This document shows positions 1 to 8,684 of a stretch of DNA of 40,141 nt, in pieces. Below the pieces are notes generated by a model, which saw only the letters and a program-made list of their open reading frames with translations, ran no database searches and was not told where the DNA came from. Numbering within the stretch: position 1 is the first letter of the stretch; every line of letters begins with the position of its first letter. The position numbers were made by a program, and so were the translations under genes. Source of the DNA: a virus (taxonomy: Duplodnaviria > Caudoviricetes); IMG/VR virus record IMGVR_UViG_3300005805_000187, positions 1-40,141 of that record. The stretch is one strand, 5' to 3'.

Positions 1-137
<137 letters not shown>

Positions 138-138
138 G

Positions 139-164
139 AGAGGGTCGCAAGGCCCTCTTTTTTT
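139..164 (+). terminator. Intrinsic terminator after psbA
   Basis: AGAGGGTC-GCAA-GGCCCTCT hairpin followed by a T run. Confidence 0.85.
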
Positions 165-446
165 ATGAACCTAATTAAATACAATCACCGTTATGATTAT
201 GGGCATGACTGGTATGTTCAAATTTTAAACACTGGAAGACATGTTCCTAGTCCATTCAAAGACTGGTCATTGATTCAAACTTCGGTAAGTTGGAATGATT
301 ATGCTTCATGGCCATATCTTCAGATAAAATGTGGATGTGGTGGTATGATCAGCGTAGTATTCTGGTTGTATAAGTTTGGATTTGATATTGGATTCTTTGA
401 GCGCACATGGAATTTTGATTATCTGGAAAGAGATGATGAACAATGA
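165..446 (+). CDS. Hypothetical protein
   Basis: 93-aa aromatic-rich ORF directly after the promoter/terminator; first gene of a tightly overlapping run. Confidence 0.7.
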   Translation: MNLIKYNHRYDYGHDWYVQILNTGRHVPSPFKDWSLIQTSVSWNDYASWPYLQIKCGCGGMISVVFWLYKFGFDIGFFERTWNFDYLERDDEQ

Positions 447-741
447 TATGCCTTGGGTTAATCTAACTCAAAAAGAAATTAATGAACTTCGTGATAAGAA
501 GTTTGAACTCACTCAATATGGTAAAGACAAACTGAGAGAACTTATGAACAATCAAGAGCCATATCCTGATGCTATGTTTGAAGAAGCAGAGCGTCGTGAA
601 AGAGCAAATGAATTATATCAAGATGCTCTACATGAATTAGATTACATCGCTGCTGGAGGGCAGGATATGGAAGAGTTTATGAATTCTTATTTGGTTATTC
701 AAACAGCACTAAAAGTAGCATTAGGTGAAGAAGATGTCTGA
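433..741 (+). CDS. Hypothetical protein
   Basis: ATG at 433/436 (MNNDMPWVNL...) overlaps the upstream gene end; more plausible than the TTG at 376. Confidence 0.65.
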   Translation: MMNNDMPWVNLTQKEINELRDKKFELTQYGKDKLRELMNNQEPYPDAMFEEAERRERANELYQDALHELDYIAAGGQDMEEFMNSYLVIQTALKVALGEEDV

Positions 742-1246
742 TCAAGTAATGAAAATTGCTATGGAAGGTATCCATGAGTATGATGGAGCACTGAAAGAAC
801 TTGCTGCCACAGAGAAAGAAGAACTAAAACAACAACTGGAAGAACTGAAGAAAGAGAATTTTCAAAAGATTGCTGAGTGTTGTATAGAAGAATACAATCA
901 AAAATATAGTGATCATAAAGAAGATCCATACTGGGTCTATATGATTTCTGAATACTTTGCCACTGGTGAAGGACAAACTGTTTGTCTAATGATCACACAG
1001 GGACTACCATATGGCAATGACTTTGGACCTGATGACAATTACAATCCAGTTACCACAAAACATTATCGTGCTGTGAGAGAGTTTCATGAGAAGTTTGGGA
1101 CATGGCATTTACATGGTATTCGCTTCCTATCCAAAGAAGCATTCTATACTGAGTGTGCTTACTTCATCCCACCTGTGATGATGAAACTCTCCAATGCCAA
1201 GTGCTATAAAAACTTTTACACTCAAGTTCACTATAACTTCTCATGA
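734..1246 (+). CDS. Hypothetical protein
   Basis: Long ORF coupled to both neighbours; start set at ATG 734. Confidence 0.7.
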   Translation: MSDQVMKIAMEGIHEYDGALKELAATEKEELKQQLEELKKENFQKIAECCIEEYNQKYSDHKEDPYWVYMISEYFATGEGQTVCLMITQGLPYGNDFGPDDNYNPVTTKHYRAVREFHEKFGTWHLHGIRFLSKEAFYTECAYFIPPVMMKLSNAKCYKNFYTQVHYNFS

Positions 1247-1428
1247 GCATAACTATTGAAAATCCAGATGAAATTGTAATGAAAGGTGTTGAAATGTTTC
1301 ACCTTGAAAGTATGAATGAACGCAGTTTGTGGTGTGGTATTTACGGACAAGATGGTAAAATTTACCACTTGAATATTTCTGCTGATGGTGATAAACTGAG
1401 ATACTACTGGAGTGATGAAACGGCATGA
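1243..1428 (+). CDS. Hypothetical protein
   Basis: ATGA start/stop overlaps at both ends. Confidence 0.7.
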   Translation: MSITIENPDEIVMKGVEMFHLESMNERSLWCGIYGQDGKIYHLNISADGDKLRYYWSDETA

Positions 1429-1766
1429 GATTTGAGACACAATCCAAGTGGCAAAACTTTCTAGATGGTTTTCGTAATGTTCTGTACATCCTAGATTGTT
1501 ATGATGATGGTGATGAGTGGGGATATGGTGAGTTCTGGGAATCATTAAGTATTGGATGGTTTCAAGAATACATTTATCCATATGATGATCCATACAATCT
1601 AACTATCAGTCCAGAACGCAAGTTGAGATTGTCACAAGAACTACCAAAGATTCTACTCTCAGTAGAAGATTATGATGAACTTGTGAGACGAATCAATGAA
1701 CCACAAGACCCTGCTGTAACAGAAAGAATAAAAGAACTGATGAATCGTAAAGCACCATGGGACTAA
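1425..1766 (+). CDS. Hypothetical protein
   Basis: ATGA overlap with the upstream gene; 113 aa. Confidence 0.7.
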   Translation: MRFETQSKWQNFLDGFRNVLYILDCYDDGDEWGYGEFWESLSIGWFQEYIYPYDDPYNLTISPERKLRLSQELPKILLSVEDYDELVRRINEPQDPAVTERIKELMNRKAPWD

Positions 1767-1770
1767 ACAA

Positions 1771-1956
1771 ATGAAACAACTACCTGATAAAAAACAACTG
1801 GATATTATGTGGACGGTGGCCACTAGTGGCGCTTTAGAAACTGGCACACGCCCCCACCACGGGTTTGCTGACCTGCTGTATGATTACCTTACAGACAGAA
1901 CGCTCAACAAGTACGGAGTAGAACTTTGTTATGAGAAAGGTAGTAGTCAAACCTAA
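1771..1956 (+). CDS. Hypothetical protein (contains an internal promoter motif)
   Basis: 61-aa ORF filling the gap between neighbours. Confidence 0.5.
   Translation: MKQLPDKKQLDIMWTVATSGALETGTRPHHGFADLLYDYLTDRTLNKYGVELCYEKGSSQT
1838..1884 (+). promoter_or_regulatory. Putative phage promoter: AAACTGGCACA element plus -10 box
   Basis: AAACTGGCACA(1838-1848) and TATGAT(1879-1884); nearly the same geometry as the promoters at 9237 and 26643. Confidence 0.55.
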
Positions 1957-2167
1957 GAGTAGCAAGGCAAAGAATCGTCTTGCTAACACGATGGAGGGCA
2001 ACCCCGTTTGTGTTGTGGAGCAGGATACTGGTGGCGAGTTGTTCCTTGCTGCCGAGAATCGTAAATACTTCTTTTGGGTCAGCACTCGCACTGGAACTAA
2101 TCGTTTCGGTGACAAAGCTGACGCACACTGGGAAGTTATCACTGAAATTAAGGATGTAATCTTATGA
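1931..2167 (+). CDS. Hypothetical protein
   Basis: 78-aa ORF preceded by GGAG and coupled to the next gene. Confidence 0.7.
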   Translation: MRKVVVKPKSSKAKNRLANTMEGNPVCVVEQDTGGELFLAAENRKYFFWVSTRTGTNRFGDKADAHWEVITEIKDVIL

Positions 2168-2349
2168 TGAAAGCAAAGACTAGAGTGATTCTTGAGGAAG
2201 CACTTGAAGAGGGTATCCGTATTGGATATCGTAGGGCATTCAAGCATAGTGATACTCCAGAAGAACATTGGATACTAGAAAATATCCAGAATGAGATTAT
2301 GAATTGTATTGATTTGCGTTTTGATTTTGTAGAGGAGAATTACCAATGA
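2164..2349 (+). CDS. Hypothetical protein
   Basis: ATGA overlaps at both ends. Confidence 0.7.
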   Translation: MMKAKTRVILEEALEEGIRIGYRRAFKHSDTPEEHWILENIQNEIMNCIDLRFDFVEENYQ

Positions 2350-2645
2350 GCGGAGGACATTTTGGAGACTGTGGATATGATTACTATAAGGTAGCACAGT
2401 TTGCTGATGAGTTAGAGGTAGAAATCTCTAACAATGGCAGAGAGAGAAATGAAGATCGCACTTACGGTGAGCGATGGTATCCTAACCACGACCCTGATGT
2501 GATTGATGTTTTACGGGAGCAGATACCCAAACTGCGTAAGATGGCAGAGATTATGAAGCACATTGACTATCTCTACAGTGGTGACATTGGTGATGATAGT
2601 TTCCTGCTGCGTATGAAAGAAACAGAAATTAAGTATGACTTTTGA
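2346..2645 (+). CDS. Hypothetical protein (MSGGHF... type)
   Basis: GAGGAG RBS and ATGA overlap; 99 aa. Confidence 0.75.
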   Translation: MSGGHFGDCGYDYYKVAQFADELEVEISNNGRERNEDRTYGERWYPNHDPDVIDVLREQIPKLRKMAEIMKHIDYLYSGDIGDDSFLLRMKETEIKYDF

Positions 2646-2673
2646 TTAAATAGTAAAAGCAATCTTCACAATT

Positions 2674-2931
2674 ATGAAAATAGAAATCTATACAATTCCT
2701 GGATGTATGTGGTGCTCTAAAACAGAAAAATTATTACAGAGAGCAAATATTAATGACTATAAAAAATACATTGTTGGGAAGGATATTGAAAGAACTACCG
2801 TACAAGAAAGATTTCCATTCGCAGATGGATACCCCATTATTGTTGTTGATGATGAAGTAATTCCCGGAATTGTGGACTTAGCAAAATTGTTTGTTAAAAA
2901 AGGACTAGTATCTTCTAAGAAAAATGAGTGA
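2674..2931 (+). CDS. nrdC: Glutaredoxin (NrdC-like)
   Basis: IYTIPGCMWC CxxC active site, YPII cis-Pro motif, 85 aa. Confidence 0.85.
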   Translation: MKIEIYTIPGCMWCSKTEKLLQRANINDYKKYIVGKDIERTTVQERFPFADGYPIIVVDDEVIPGIVDLAKLFVKKGLVSSKKNE

Positions 2932-3082
2932 GGATTTACAAATAAATAAAGGTGTGGAGCTAATGCTCAGGAGGTCGGAAAGAGAACCAAAAAGAAGTGG
3001 TCTCAAGGTTAGGCAAACATTCACACTTCTGAGTAAAATCATCTCTTTTAGATTAGAGTTTACTTGGGAGGATCGTAAGTAA
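2924..3082 (+). CDS. Small hypothetical protein, 52 aa (not in ORF track)
   Basis: Manual translation MSEDLQINKGVELMLRR...FRLEFTWEDRK*; fills the gap exactly. Confidence 0.65.
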   Translation: MSEDLQINKGVELMLRRSEREPKRSGLKVRQTFTLLSKIISFRLEFTWEDRK

Positions 3083-3098
3083 ACTCCGGAGAAAGAAA

Positions 3099-3338
3099 AT
3101 GGATTCATCTTTAACGCTCTTGTTAACATCCTTCATGGTCCTAGGTTCGTTGGTTTTAGGAACCACTATTGGGTGGATCGCAAACGATGTCTTCGCAATC
3201 TATCTCCAAGCACAACAACCACAGGTTCAAATGCATCCTGAGATGTATGATGATGATGGTGTTATGATTCGTGAGGAACTTTATTCAGTCCGCTTTACCG
3301 CAGCAGATGAAGAAGAGTACTACGATGATGAGGACTAA
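3099..3338 (+). CDS. Small membrane-anchored protein
   Basis: GGAG RBS; N-terminal hydrophobic helix, HPEMYD motif, acidic tail. Confidence 0.75.
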   Translation: MDSSLTLLLTSFMVLGSLVLGTTIGWIANDVFAIYLQAQQPQVQMHPEMYDDDGVMIREELYSVRFTAADEEEYYDDED

Positions 3339-3363
3339 ATATTAATACACACGATGAACTGAT

Positions 3364-3798
3364 ATGAAACTATTAATTTCAGAAATTCTACAGAAAGTCA
3401 GCAACGCAAAGACTAAACCTGAGAAAGTAAAACTTCTTCAACAATATAACTCCCCAGCACTTAGAGCAATTCTCATCGCAAACTTTGACGAGAGTATTAT
3501 CTCTGAATTGCCCGAGGGTGATGTTCCCTATACTCCAAACGATGCTCCTGAAGAGACAGAGCACACAACTCTCTATCAGGAGTATCGTAAACTATTTTAT
3601 TTCTTTAAGGGTGGAGCACCACAACTCCAACAAACCAAGAGAGAAATGATGTTCATTCAGTTGCTGGAGAATCTTCATGCTAAAGAAGCAGAACTTATCT
3701 GCCTTGTAAAGGATAAAAAAATCAGTAAGCGTTGGAAGATTACCAAGCAATGTGTAGAGGAGGCGTTTCCCCAGATTGTATGGGGAGGACGCAGCTGA
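3364..3798 (+). CDS. Conserved T4-like phage hypothetical protein
   Basis: 144 aa with LPEGDVPY and KREMMFIQLLENLH motifs recognised from T4-like phages. Confidence 0.8.
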   Translation: MKLLISEILQKVSNAKTKPEKVKLLQQYNSPALRAILIANFDESIISELPEGDVPYTPNDAPEETEHTTLYQEYRKLFYFFKGGAPQLQQTKREMMFIQLLENLHAKEAELICLVKDKKISKRWKITKQCVEEAFPQIVWGGRS

Positions 3799-4100
3799 TG
3801 AATTATAATGCTGAACAGATTAGAATCCTAGAAAGTTATGCGATAAAAATTCTTTCACAAAATTGTTCTCCTGAGGCAGCAAAAGATAAGTCTCTTCCTA
3901 GAGATAGTTATCTTATGACTTTGGACAATGGAGAAGTCTCTTGGTTTGATATTGCGAAAGGAACTCGTAGTGATATTTTTGATGCCTATTACGATACGTT
4001 TGGTGGCGTCATTCAGTCTATGGAATGGACTGATGGAACTGTGCCAGCAAAGACATGGGGCAATCAAAATCAAACTAAAGAGGTCAAGAAGAAAAAATGA
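3798..4100 (+). CDS. Hypothetical protein
   Basis: TGATG overlap gives start MNYNAEQ at 3798. Confidence 0.7.
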   Translation: MNYNAEQIRILESYAIKILSQNCSPEAAKDKSLPRDSYLMTLDNGEVSWFDIAKGTRSDIFDAYYDTFGGVIQSMEWTDGTVPAKTWGNQNQTKEVKKKK

Positions 4101-4426
4101 TGGGCAAGCATTATCTATTAAACCTATACGGGTGCTCGTTGGACTTATTGGACAACGAGTTTTTTCTGTGTGATCTATTAGAAAATGCTGCTGAAGCATG
4201 TGGAGCACACGTATTACAAACAATGTCACATCAGTTTGATCCGCAAGGAGTGACTGCGATTTGTTTGTTATCTGAATCACACATCTCTATTCATACTTGG
4301 CCAGAGAAAGGACAGGCAGCAGTTGATGTCTTCACATGCGGAGAATCTAATCCAAAGATTGCTTGTGATATAATCATTGAGCAACTCTATGCCACCAATT
4401 TCAACTTGGATTATGTAGAAAGGTAA
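4097..4426 (+). CDS. speD: Pyruvoyl-dependent S-adenosylmethionine decarboxylase-family proenzyme
   Basis: GKH, F-x-PQGVT, LLSESHISIHTWPE self-cleavage motif and DVFTCG. Confidence 0.93.
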   Translation: MMGKHYLLNLYGCSLDLLDNEFFLCDLLENAAEACGAHVLQTMSHQFDPQGVTAICLLSESHISIHTWPEKGQAAVDVFTCGESNPKIACDIIIEQLYATNFNLDYVER

Positions 4427-4430
4427 ATTC

Positions 4431-4462
4431 TGTATCAGATTTTACAAAACATATAGTATAAT
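4431..4462 (+). promoter_or_regulatory. NtcA-type box overlapping a promoter
   Basis: TGTA-N8-TACA at 4431-4446; TATAAT at 4457-4462. Confidence 0.7.
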
Positions 4463-4468
4463 TAATCA

Positions 4469-4525
4469 TACGTTCATTCGCTATTCTCAAATAGCGAACG
4501 GAAGTAGGGGAACCGAAGGAACGCA
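4469..4525 (+). ncRNA. Glutamine riboswitch (glnA RNA motif)
   Basis: P1 CGUUC/GAACG, P2 UUCGCUAUU/AAUAGCGAA, GGAAGUA and GAAG E-loop strands, short P3; lies upstream of a DUF4278-like gene. Confidence 0.88.
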
Positions 4526-4551
4526 CTTTACACAAGTAAAGGAGGAATCCC

Positions 4552-4710
4552 ATGTCAATCGCAACCTATAGAGGTTGTCAGTATAATACTGACACACCTA
4601 AAGATGAATACCAAAAGTGGTATTCAAGAACCCATGCTCCAGCACATCCACAAAATACTTATCGTGGTGTTGCTTATCGTCCTTGTAAGAATGAGGAGGT
4701 AGGAAAATGA
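4552..4710 (+). CDS. DUF4278-family small protein, 52 aa (not in ORF track)
   Basis: AAGGAGG RBS; two TYRG-x-x-Y motifs (TYRGCQY, TYRGVAY). Confidence 0.85.
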   Translation: MSIATYRGCQYNTDTPKDEYQKWYSRTHAPAHPQNTYRGVAYRPCKNEEVGK

Positions 4711-4790
4711 ATTGGTTGAACCTAATCCGTAAACAAATAGAAAAGAAAAGAAAATTAGAGATTGCTCAATATCATATGGCAACTCTATGA
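4707..4790 (+). CDS. 27-aa basic peptide (not in ORF track)
   Basis: GGAGGT upstream, ATGA overlap; MNWLNLIRKQIEKKRKLEIAQYHMATL* ends just before the terminator. Confidence 0.6.
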   Translation: MNWLNLIRKQIEKKRKLEIAQYHMATL

Positions 4791-4796
4791 TGATAC

Positions 4797-4821
4797 AAGA
4801 GGGCATAAGCCCTCTTTTTTT
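4797..4821 (+). terminator. Intrinsic terminator
   Basis: AAGAGGGC-ATAA-GCCCTCTT followed by a T run. Confidence 0.88.
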
Positions 4822-4854
4822 ATAGATATTAGTATAATGTTGCGATAGATACTA

Positions 4855-5001
4855 GTGGAAAGAAGACAACTCAAAGATATTCTACACAAGTTAAAAGAAG
4901 TAGTAGAAGAATTGGAAGTAGAAATATACGCAGACACAGAATCTTATATGTCTGGACCCAGATACATTTCTGGTGATGACGACGACGGATACGCGGATTG
5001 A
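4855..5001 (+). CDS. Small acidic hypothetical protein, 48 aa (not in ORF track)
   Basis: GTG start; MERRQLKDILHKLKEVVEELEVEIY...DDDDGYAD*. Confidence 0.6.
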   Translation: MERRQLKDILHKLKEVVEELEVEIYADTESYMSGPRYISGDDDDGYAD

Positions 5002-5026
5002 CAAGCACTCCTGATGGTGCTACAAT
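4998..5026 (+). promoter_or_regulatory. sigma70-type promoter
   Basis: TTGACA-N17-TACAAT, with TG upstream of the -10. Confidence 0.8.
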
Positions 5027-5050
5027 ATGAACACATTGATTTGAAACACA

Positions 5051-5326
5051 ATGGCATTACAAACGTTTGATGTAAAGAAGCAAATTAAACTTATCAAAAG
5101 AGCACTGAAGGCTGAATTTCTTTATAGTACTGAAGAGATTCACAAGCTGAAGACAGACCTTCGTAACCTAGAGAAGACTCAAGAACTGGTGAGGCAGTAT
5201 CAAAGCAATGGTTTTGGTCAGTACATCCGCCAACCAGTTGTGGTAGAGTCCACTGCTGCTCCTGTTGTGGAACCGGAGGTGGTAGAATCTGTTGAAGTTG
5301 AAGTCATGGAGAGTGCTGATGTATGA
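5051..5326 (+). CDS. Hypothetical protein
   Basis: 91-aa ORF directly after the promoter. Confidence 0.75.
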   Translation: MALQTFDVKKQIKLIKRALKAEFLYSTEEIHKLKTDLRNLEKTQELVRQYQSNGFGQYIRQPVVVESTAAPVVEPEVVESVEVEVMESADV

Positions 5327-5516
5327 AACCCTCACAGAGTTTGAAAGGGCACTCGCTCGTTTTGGTGATAAAGTTGGTCTCATTGCGGGACTTGAAATCG
5401 CAGACAAAATCTCTCCTGAAGAAGCTTATCAGCAAATCAAAGAACTCTATAAAGAACTTAAGACTCTCCGTAAACGAGAGAAATCTGAATGGGATGGTGA
5501 TAACATCCCAAACTAG
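5319..5516 (+). CDS. Hypothetical protein
   Basis: GGAG RBS; ATG 5319 (MYETLTEFERAL...). Confidence 0.75.
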   Translation: MYETLTEFERALARFGDKVGLIAGLEIADKISPEEAYQQIKELYKELKTLRKREKSEWDGDNIPN

Positions 5517-5640
5517 AATTTGTTCTAAATGTTTTGAGGAAAAACCACTTGACAAAGAACATTATCAAGTTGTAAAGTCTTTTAAATACGGACATTCATA
5601 TTATTGTAATGAGTGTAATAAACCAAAACCAAGAAATTAA
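5494..5640 (+). CDS. Small zinc-finger-like protein
   Basis: 48 aa with CSKC and CNEC pairs; start reassigned from 5323. Confidence 0.6.
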   Translation: MVITSQTRICSKCFEEKPLDKEHYQVVKSFKYGHSYYCNECNKPKPRN

Positions 5641-5644
5641 CAAG

Positions 5645-6307
5645 ATGAATACAAAATTAATTGCTATCACTCAAGGTGCTGGTGATCTGATTGAACAGAA
5701 TGCTCAAGAAGTAATCTCTTTCATTGCCCGTGTCAGCAACCCAAACAACCAACTGAACTTTGAAAGTGCTGCTGGATTGCTTCGGTATTGTATCAAGCAT
5801 GAGCATTGGAGCATCTTTGAACATGCTTTCATGACCCTTGAGATCAACACTACCAGGGGTATTGCTGCTCAGATCCTCAGGCATCGTTCCTTCACCTTCC
5901 AGGAGTTCTCACAGAGGTATGCTGACACGAATCTCCTGGCTGATTCTCCAAAGACTCCGGATCTTCGTAGGCAAGACACAAAGAATCGTCAGAATTCTAT
6001 TGATGACTTCGGTGACTATGTAAAGTTGGGATTACAGGGAGAGATTTCTGAATACTTTGCTCAAGGTCAGATGCTTTACAACAGACTGCTTGAGAAAGGA
6101 GTTGCTAAAGAGTGTGCTCGTTTCGTTCTTCCTCTTGCTACACCAACTCGTATCTACATGACAGGTTCATGTCGTTCATGGATTCATTATATTCAACTGC
6201 GTTCTGGTCATGGAACTCAGAAAGAACACATGGATATTGCTAAAGAATGTCAGTGTGTTTTTGCTGGTCAGTTTCCTAACGTTGCTGAAGCATTGGAGTG
6301 GATTTAA
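5645..6307 (+). CDS. thyX: FAD-dependent thymidylate synthase
   Basis: HWSIFEH and RHRSFTFQEFSQRY (RHR-x7-S-x-R) motifs. Confidence 0.97.
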   Translation: MNTKLIAITQGAGDLIEQNAQEVISFIARVSNPNNQLNFESAAGLLRYCIKHEHWSIFEHAFMTLEINTTRGIAAQILRHRSFTFQEFSQRYADTNLLADSPKTPDLRRQDTKNRQNSIDDFGDYVKLGLQGEISEYFAQGQMLYNRLLEKGVAKECARFVLPLATPTRIYMTGSCRSWIHYIQLRSGHGTQKEHMDIAKECQCVFAGQFPNVAEALEWI

Positions 6308-6984
6308 TGGAAGAAATTATAGAAAATAATTTGGAGCAAACCGACGAAGAATTTTCGTACAGTTTTGTATTTCCGGCACCATTTGTTTGGTGGAAAAAAC
6401 TTAAAGACCATGAAACAATAAAAGAAAAATATCTACCTTTAATAGAGGAAGATTATAATCTCAACAAAGATTTTTATAATTCTAAAAATAGTTGGAATTG
6501 TGATGTTACGACTAGTTTCTTTGAGGAATTAAAAATATGTCCTTTGTTTGACGATAATTTTTGTAACGATGTCATCTGGAATCCTATTGACGAAATGTTG
6601 GCGGATATGACAGATAGGTTAGATGGTATTAGAATGCCAATAGAATCAAAGGTAAAACAACTTTGGTATAATAGATATCAACCTGGAAACTGGCAAGAAA
6701 TTCATAACCATCAGGTACATTTTTCCATGGTATCCTTTTCGGGAATTTATTTATTAGATTTAAACGAAGAAAATACAACCACATTTTACACAACGCAAGC
6801 AAATTATAGTTGTTATTCTCCAGATTATAATCCTCTTTGTGTGTTCAAAACTAATCACATTCCCGAAGGTTCTATCATAATATTTCCCTCGGAATTATCA
6901 CATTATGTCAATCCCTGTGTAAATAGTAGGACCACAATTTCATTTAATATAGTATCTAATTATGGCGACTTACCCAGTAGTTAA
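6307..6984 (+). CDS. Putative 2OG-Fe(II) oxygenase superfamily protein
   Basis: WYN, QEIHNH, FSGIYLL, FPSELSHYV and RTTISFN jelly-roll motifs. Confidence 0.8.
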   Translation: MEEIIENNLEQTDEEFSYSFVFPAPFVWWKKLKDHETIKEKYLPLIEEDYNLNKDFYNSKNSWNCDVTTSFFEELKICPLFDDNFCNDVIWNPIDEMLADMTDRLDGIRMPIESKVKQLWYNRYQPGNWQEIHNHQVHFSMVSFSGIYLLDLNEENTTTFYTTQANYSCYSPDYNPLCVFKTNHIPEGSIIIFPSELSHYVNPCVNSRTTISFNIVSNYGDLPSS

Positions 6985-7228
6985 TAATAAGACTGGTGAA
7001 CAAAAGGAAGTGACAATGAGTGTCACTGAATGGGACCAGTGGAAGATAGATAATCCTGAGTGGCAGAGAGACTGGAGTGATCCATCTACTGTTCCAGGAT
7101 CAACCGAAATGGTTGGTGATTGGAGAGACAGGATGAAGAAAACTCATCCAGGATGGTCCGACATTATGAAAAATAAAATCATTCCTAAAGCACCTAGGAA
7201 CAAAACTATTACCGATAAATGGAGTTAA
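6962..7228 (+). CDS. Conserved cyanophage hypothetical protein
   Basis: MATYPVVN...TGEQKEV, Trp-rich; typical position before phoH. Confidence 0.75.
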   Translation: MATYPVVNNKTGEQKEVTMSVTEWDQWKIDNPEWQRDWSDPSTVPGSTEMVGDWRDRMKKTHPGWSDIMKNKIIPKAPRNKTITDKWS

Positions 7229-7233
7229 TTTAA

Positions 7234-7995
7234 ATGCCAAGAGCCAGAAAGTCACGCAGCGCACAGCAACCAGTAGCGAATGGTTACAATCGTAAGCAGA
7301 TGAAGAGACGCAAGCCAATCTCTGCTGAGTATATTGAAACAATTGAACCTTTGACTCCAAGACAGGAACAATTCTTTGAGGAGTATGGTAAAGGTCAGAA
7401 CATCTATGCCTATGGTTGTGCTGGAACAGGTAAGACATTTCTGGCACTTTACTTAGCACTCAGAGAGATTCTGGATGAGTATAGTAACTACGAGAAACTA
7501 TACATCGTTCGTTCTCTTGTTGCTACCAGAGAGATTGGATTCCTACCAGGCACACATGAAGATAAGGCAGACATCTATCAGATTCCTTACAAGAATATGG
7601 TAAGGAACATGTTTGATTTCTCTACAGATGCTGACTACGATAGTCTTTACGACAATCTAAAAGCACAAGAGACAATTAGTTTCTGGAGCACATCCTTCCT
7701 TCGCGGCACCACTCTAGATAATGCTATCATTATTGTAGATGAATGCCAGAACTTAAACTTCCACGAACTTGATTCAATCATCACCCGTGTTGGTCAAGAC
7801 TCTAAGATTATTTTCTGTGGTGATGCTAGACAGAGTGATCTGATCAAAACAAATGAGAGAACAGGTATCGTAGACTTCCAGCGCATTCTGGATAACATGG
7901 ATGAGTTCTCATTGATTGAGTTTGGCGTGGAAGATATTGTTCGCTCCGGTCTCGTCAAGTCTTATCTCTTAAGTAAAATTTCCCTTGGTATGTAA
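7234..7995 (+). CDS. phoH: PhoH-family ATPase
   Basis: GCAGTGKT Walker A, IGFLPG, LRGTT, DECQN and GD-x-x-Q-x-D motifs. Confidence 0.96.
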   Translation: MPRARKSRSAQQPVANGYNRKQMKRRKPISAEYIETIEPLTPRQEQFFEEYGKGQNIYAYGCAGTGKTFLALYLALREILDEYSNYEKLYIVRSLVATREIGFLPGTHEDKADIYQIPYKNMVRNMFDFSTDADYDSLYDNLKAQETISFWSTSFLRGTTLDNAIIIVDECQNLNFHELDSIITRVGQDSKIIFCGDARQSDLIKTNERTGIVDFQRILDNMDEFSLIEFGVEDIVRSGLVKSYLLSKISLGM

Positions 7996-8000
7996 TTAGT

Positions 8001-8684
8001 ATGTTTAATCATGTAGTATTGCCGGATGTATTTGAAGTTGAAGCTGTCACAGCAGATGGGTCTAGACATTACCCATGTCCCAAAGGTAACTATCCGTCAG
8101 TTACTACAGTGATTAGTAACAATCCCCAAAAGATTGCTGGCATTCAACGCTGGCGTAAGAGAGTTGGGGAGGAGAAAGCAAATCGTATCTCCAAGAGAGC
8201 AACGGGAAGGGGGAATGACTTTCACCTGATGGCAGAGATGTATCTAAAAAATACATTGAACGAGCAGGACTTTACACATTCCCCCTTGTCTGCTATGATG
8301 TTTGAGTCTGCGAAGGAAACTCTAAACAATATAAATAATATATACTTACAAGAGGCAGTTCTCTATTCTGACATCCTTCAAATCGCAGGTCGCGTTGATT
8401 GTATTGCTGAATATAACGGAGAACTGGCAATCATAGATTTCAAAACGTCTGGTTCACCTAAAAAAGAATCGTATCTCTATGACTATTACGTTCAGGAACA
8501 AGCATACGCATGTATGTTCTATGAAATGTATGGTCTTGCTGTTAAGAAACTCGTAACCATTGTTGCTTGTGAAGATGGAGAAACACAAGTCAAAGTAAAT
8601 CGTCCTCTTAAGGAATATTATTTAAAACTACAGGAATACATCGCAGAATACCACAAAAATGCTAGAAGAAAATCTGGAGGATAA
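8001..8684 (+). CDS. PD-(D/E)XK exonuclease
   Basis: YPSVTTV, AGRVD, IIDFKTS and Q-x-x-AY motifs. Confidence 0.9.
   Translation: MFNHVVLPDVFEVEAVTADGSRHYPCPKGNYPSVTTVISNNPQKIAGIQRWRKRVGEEKANRISKRATGRGNDFHLMAEMYLKNTLNEQDFTHSPLSAMMFESAKETLNNINNIYLQEAVLYSDILQIAGRVDCIAEYNGELAIIDFKTSGSPKKESYLYDYYVQEQAYACMFYEMYGLAVKKLVTIVACEDGETQVKVNRPLKEYYLKLQEYIAEYHKNARRKSGG

Noticed and set aside
7180-7234. Pho box upstream of phoH
   Set aside because: No convincing tandem repeat was seen; the gene is only 5 nt from its upstream neighbour.
8001-8684. Cas4/CRISPR interpretation of the exonuclease
   Set aside because: No repeat-spacer array or other cas genes were seen; it sits in the usual phoH-exonuclease-gp33 position.
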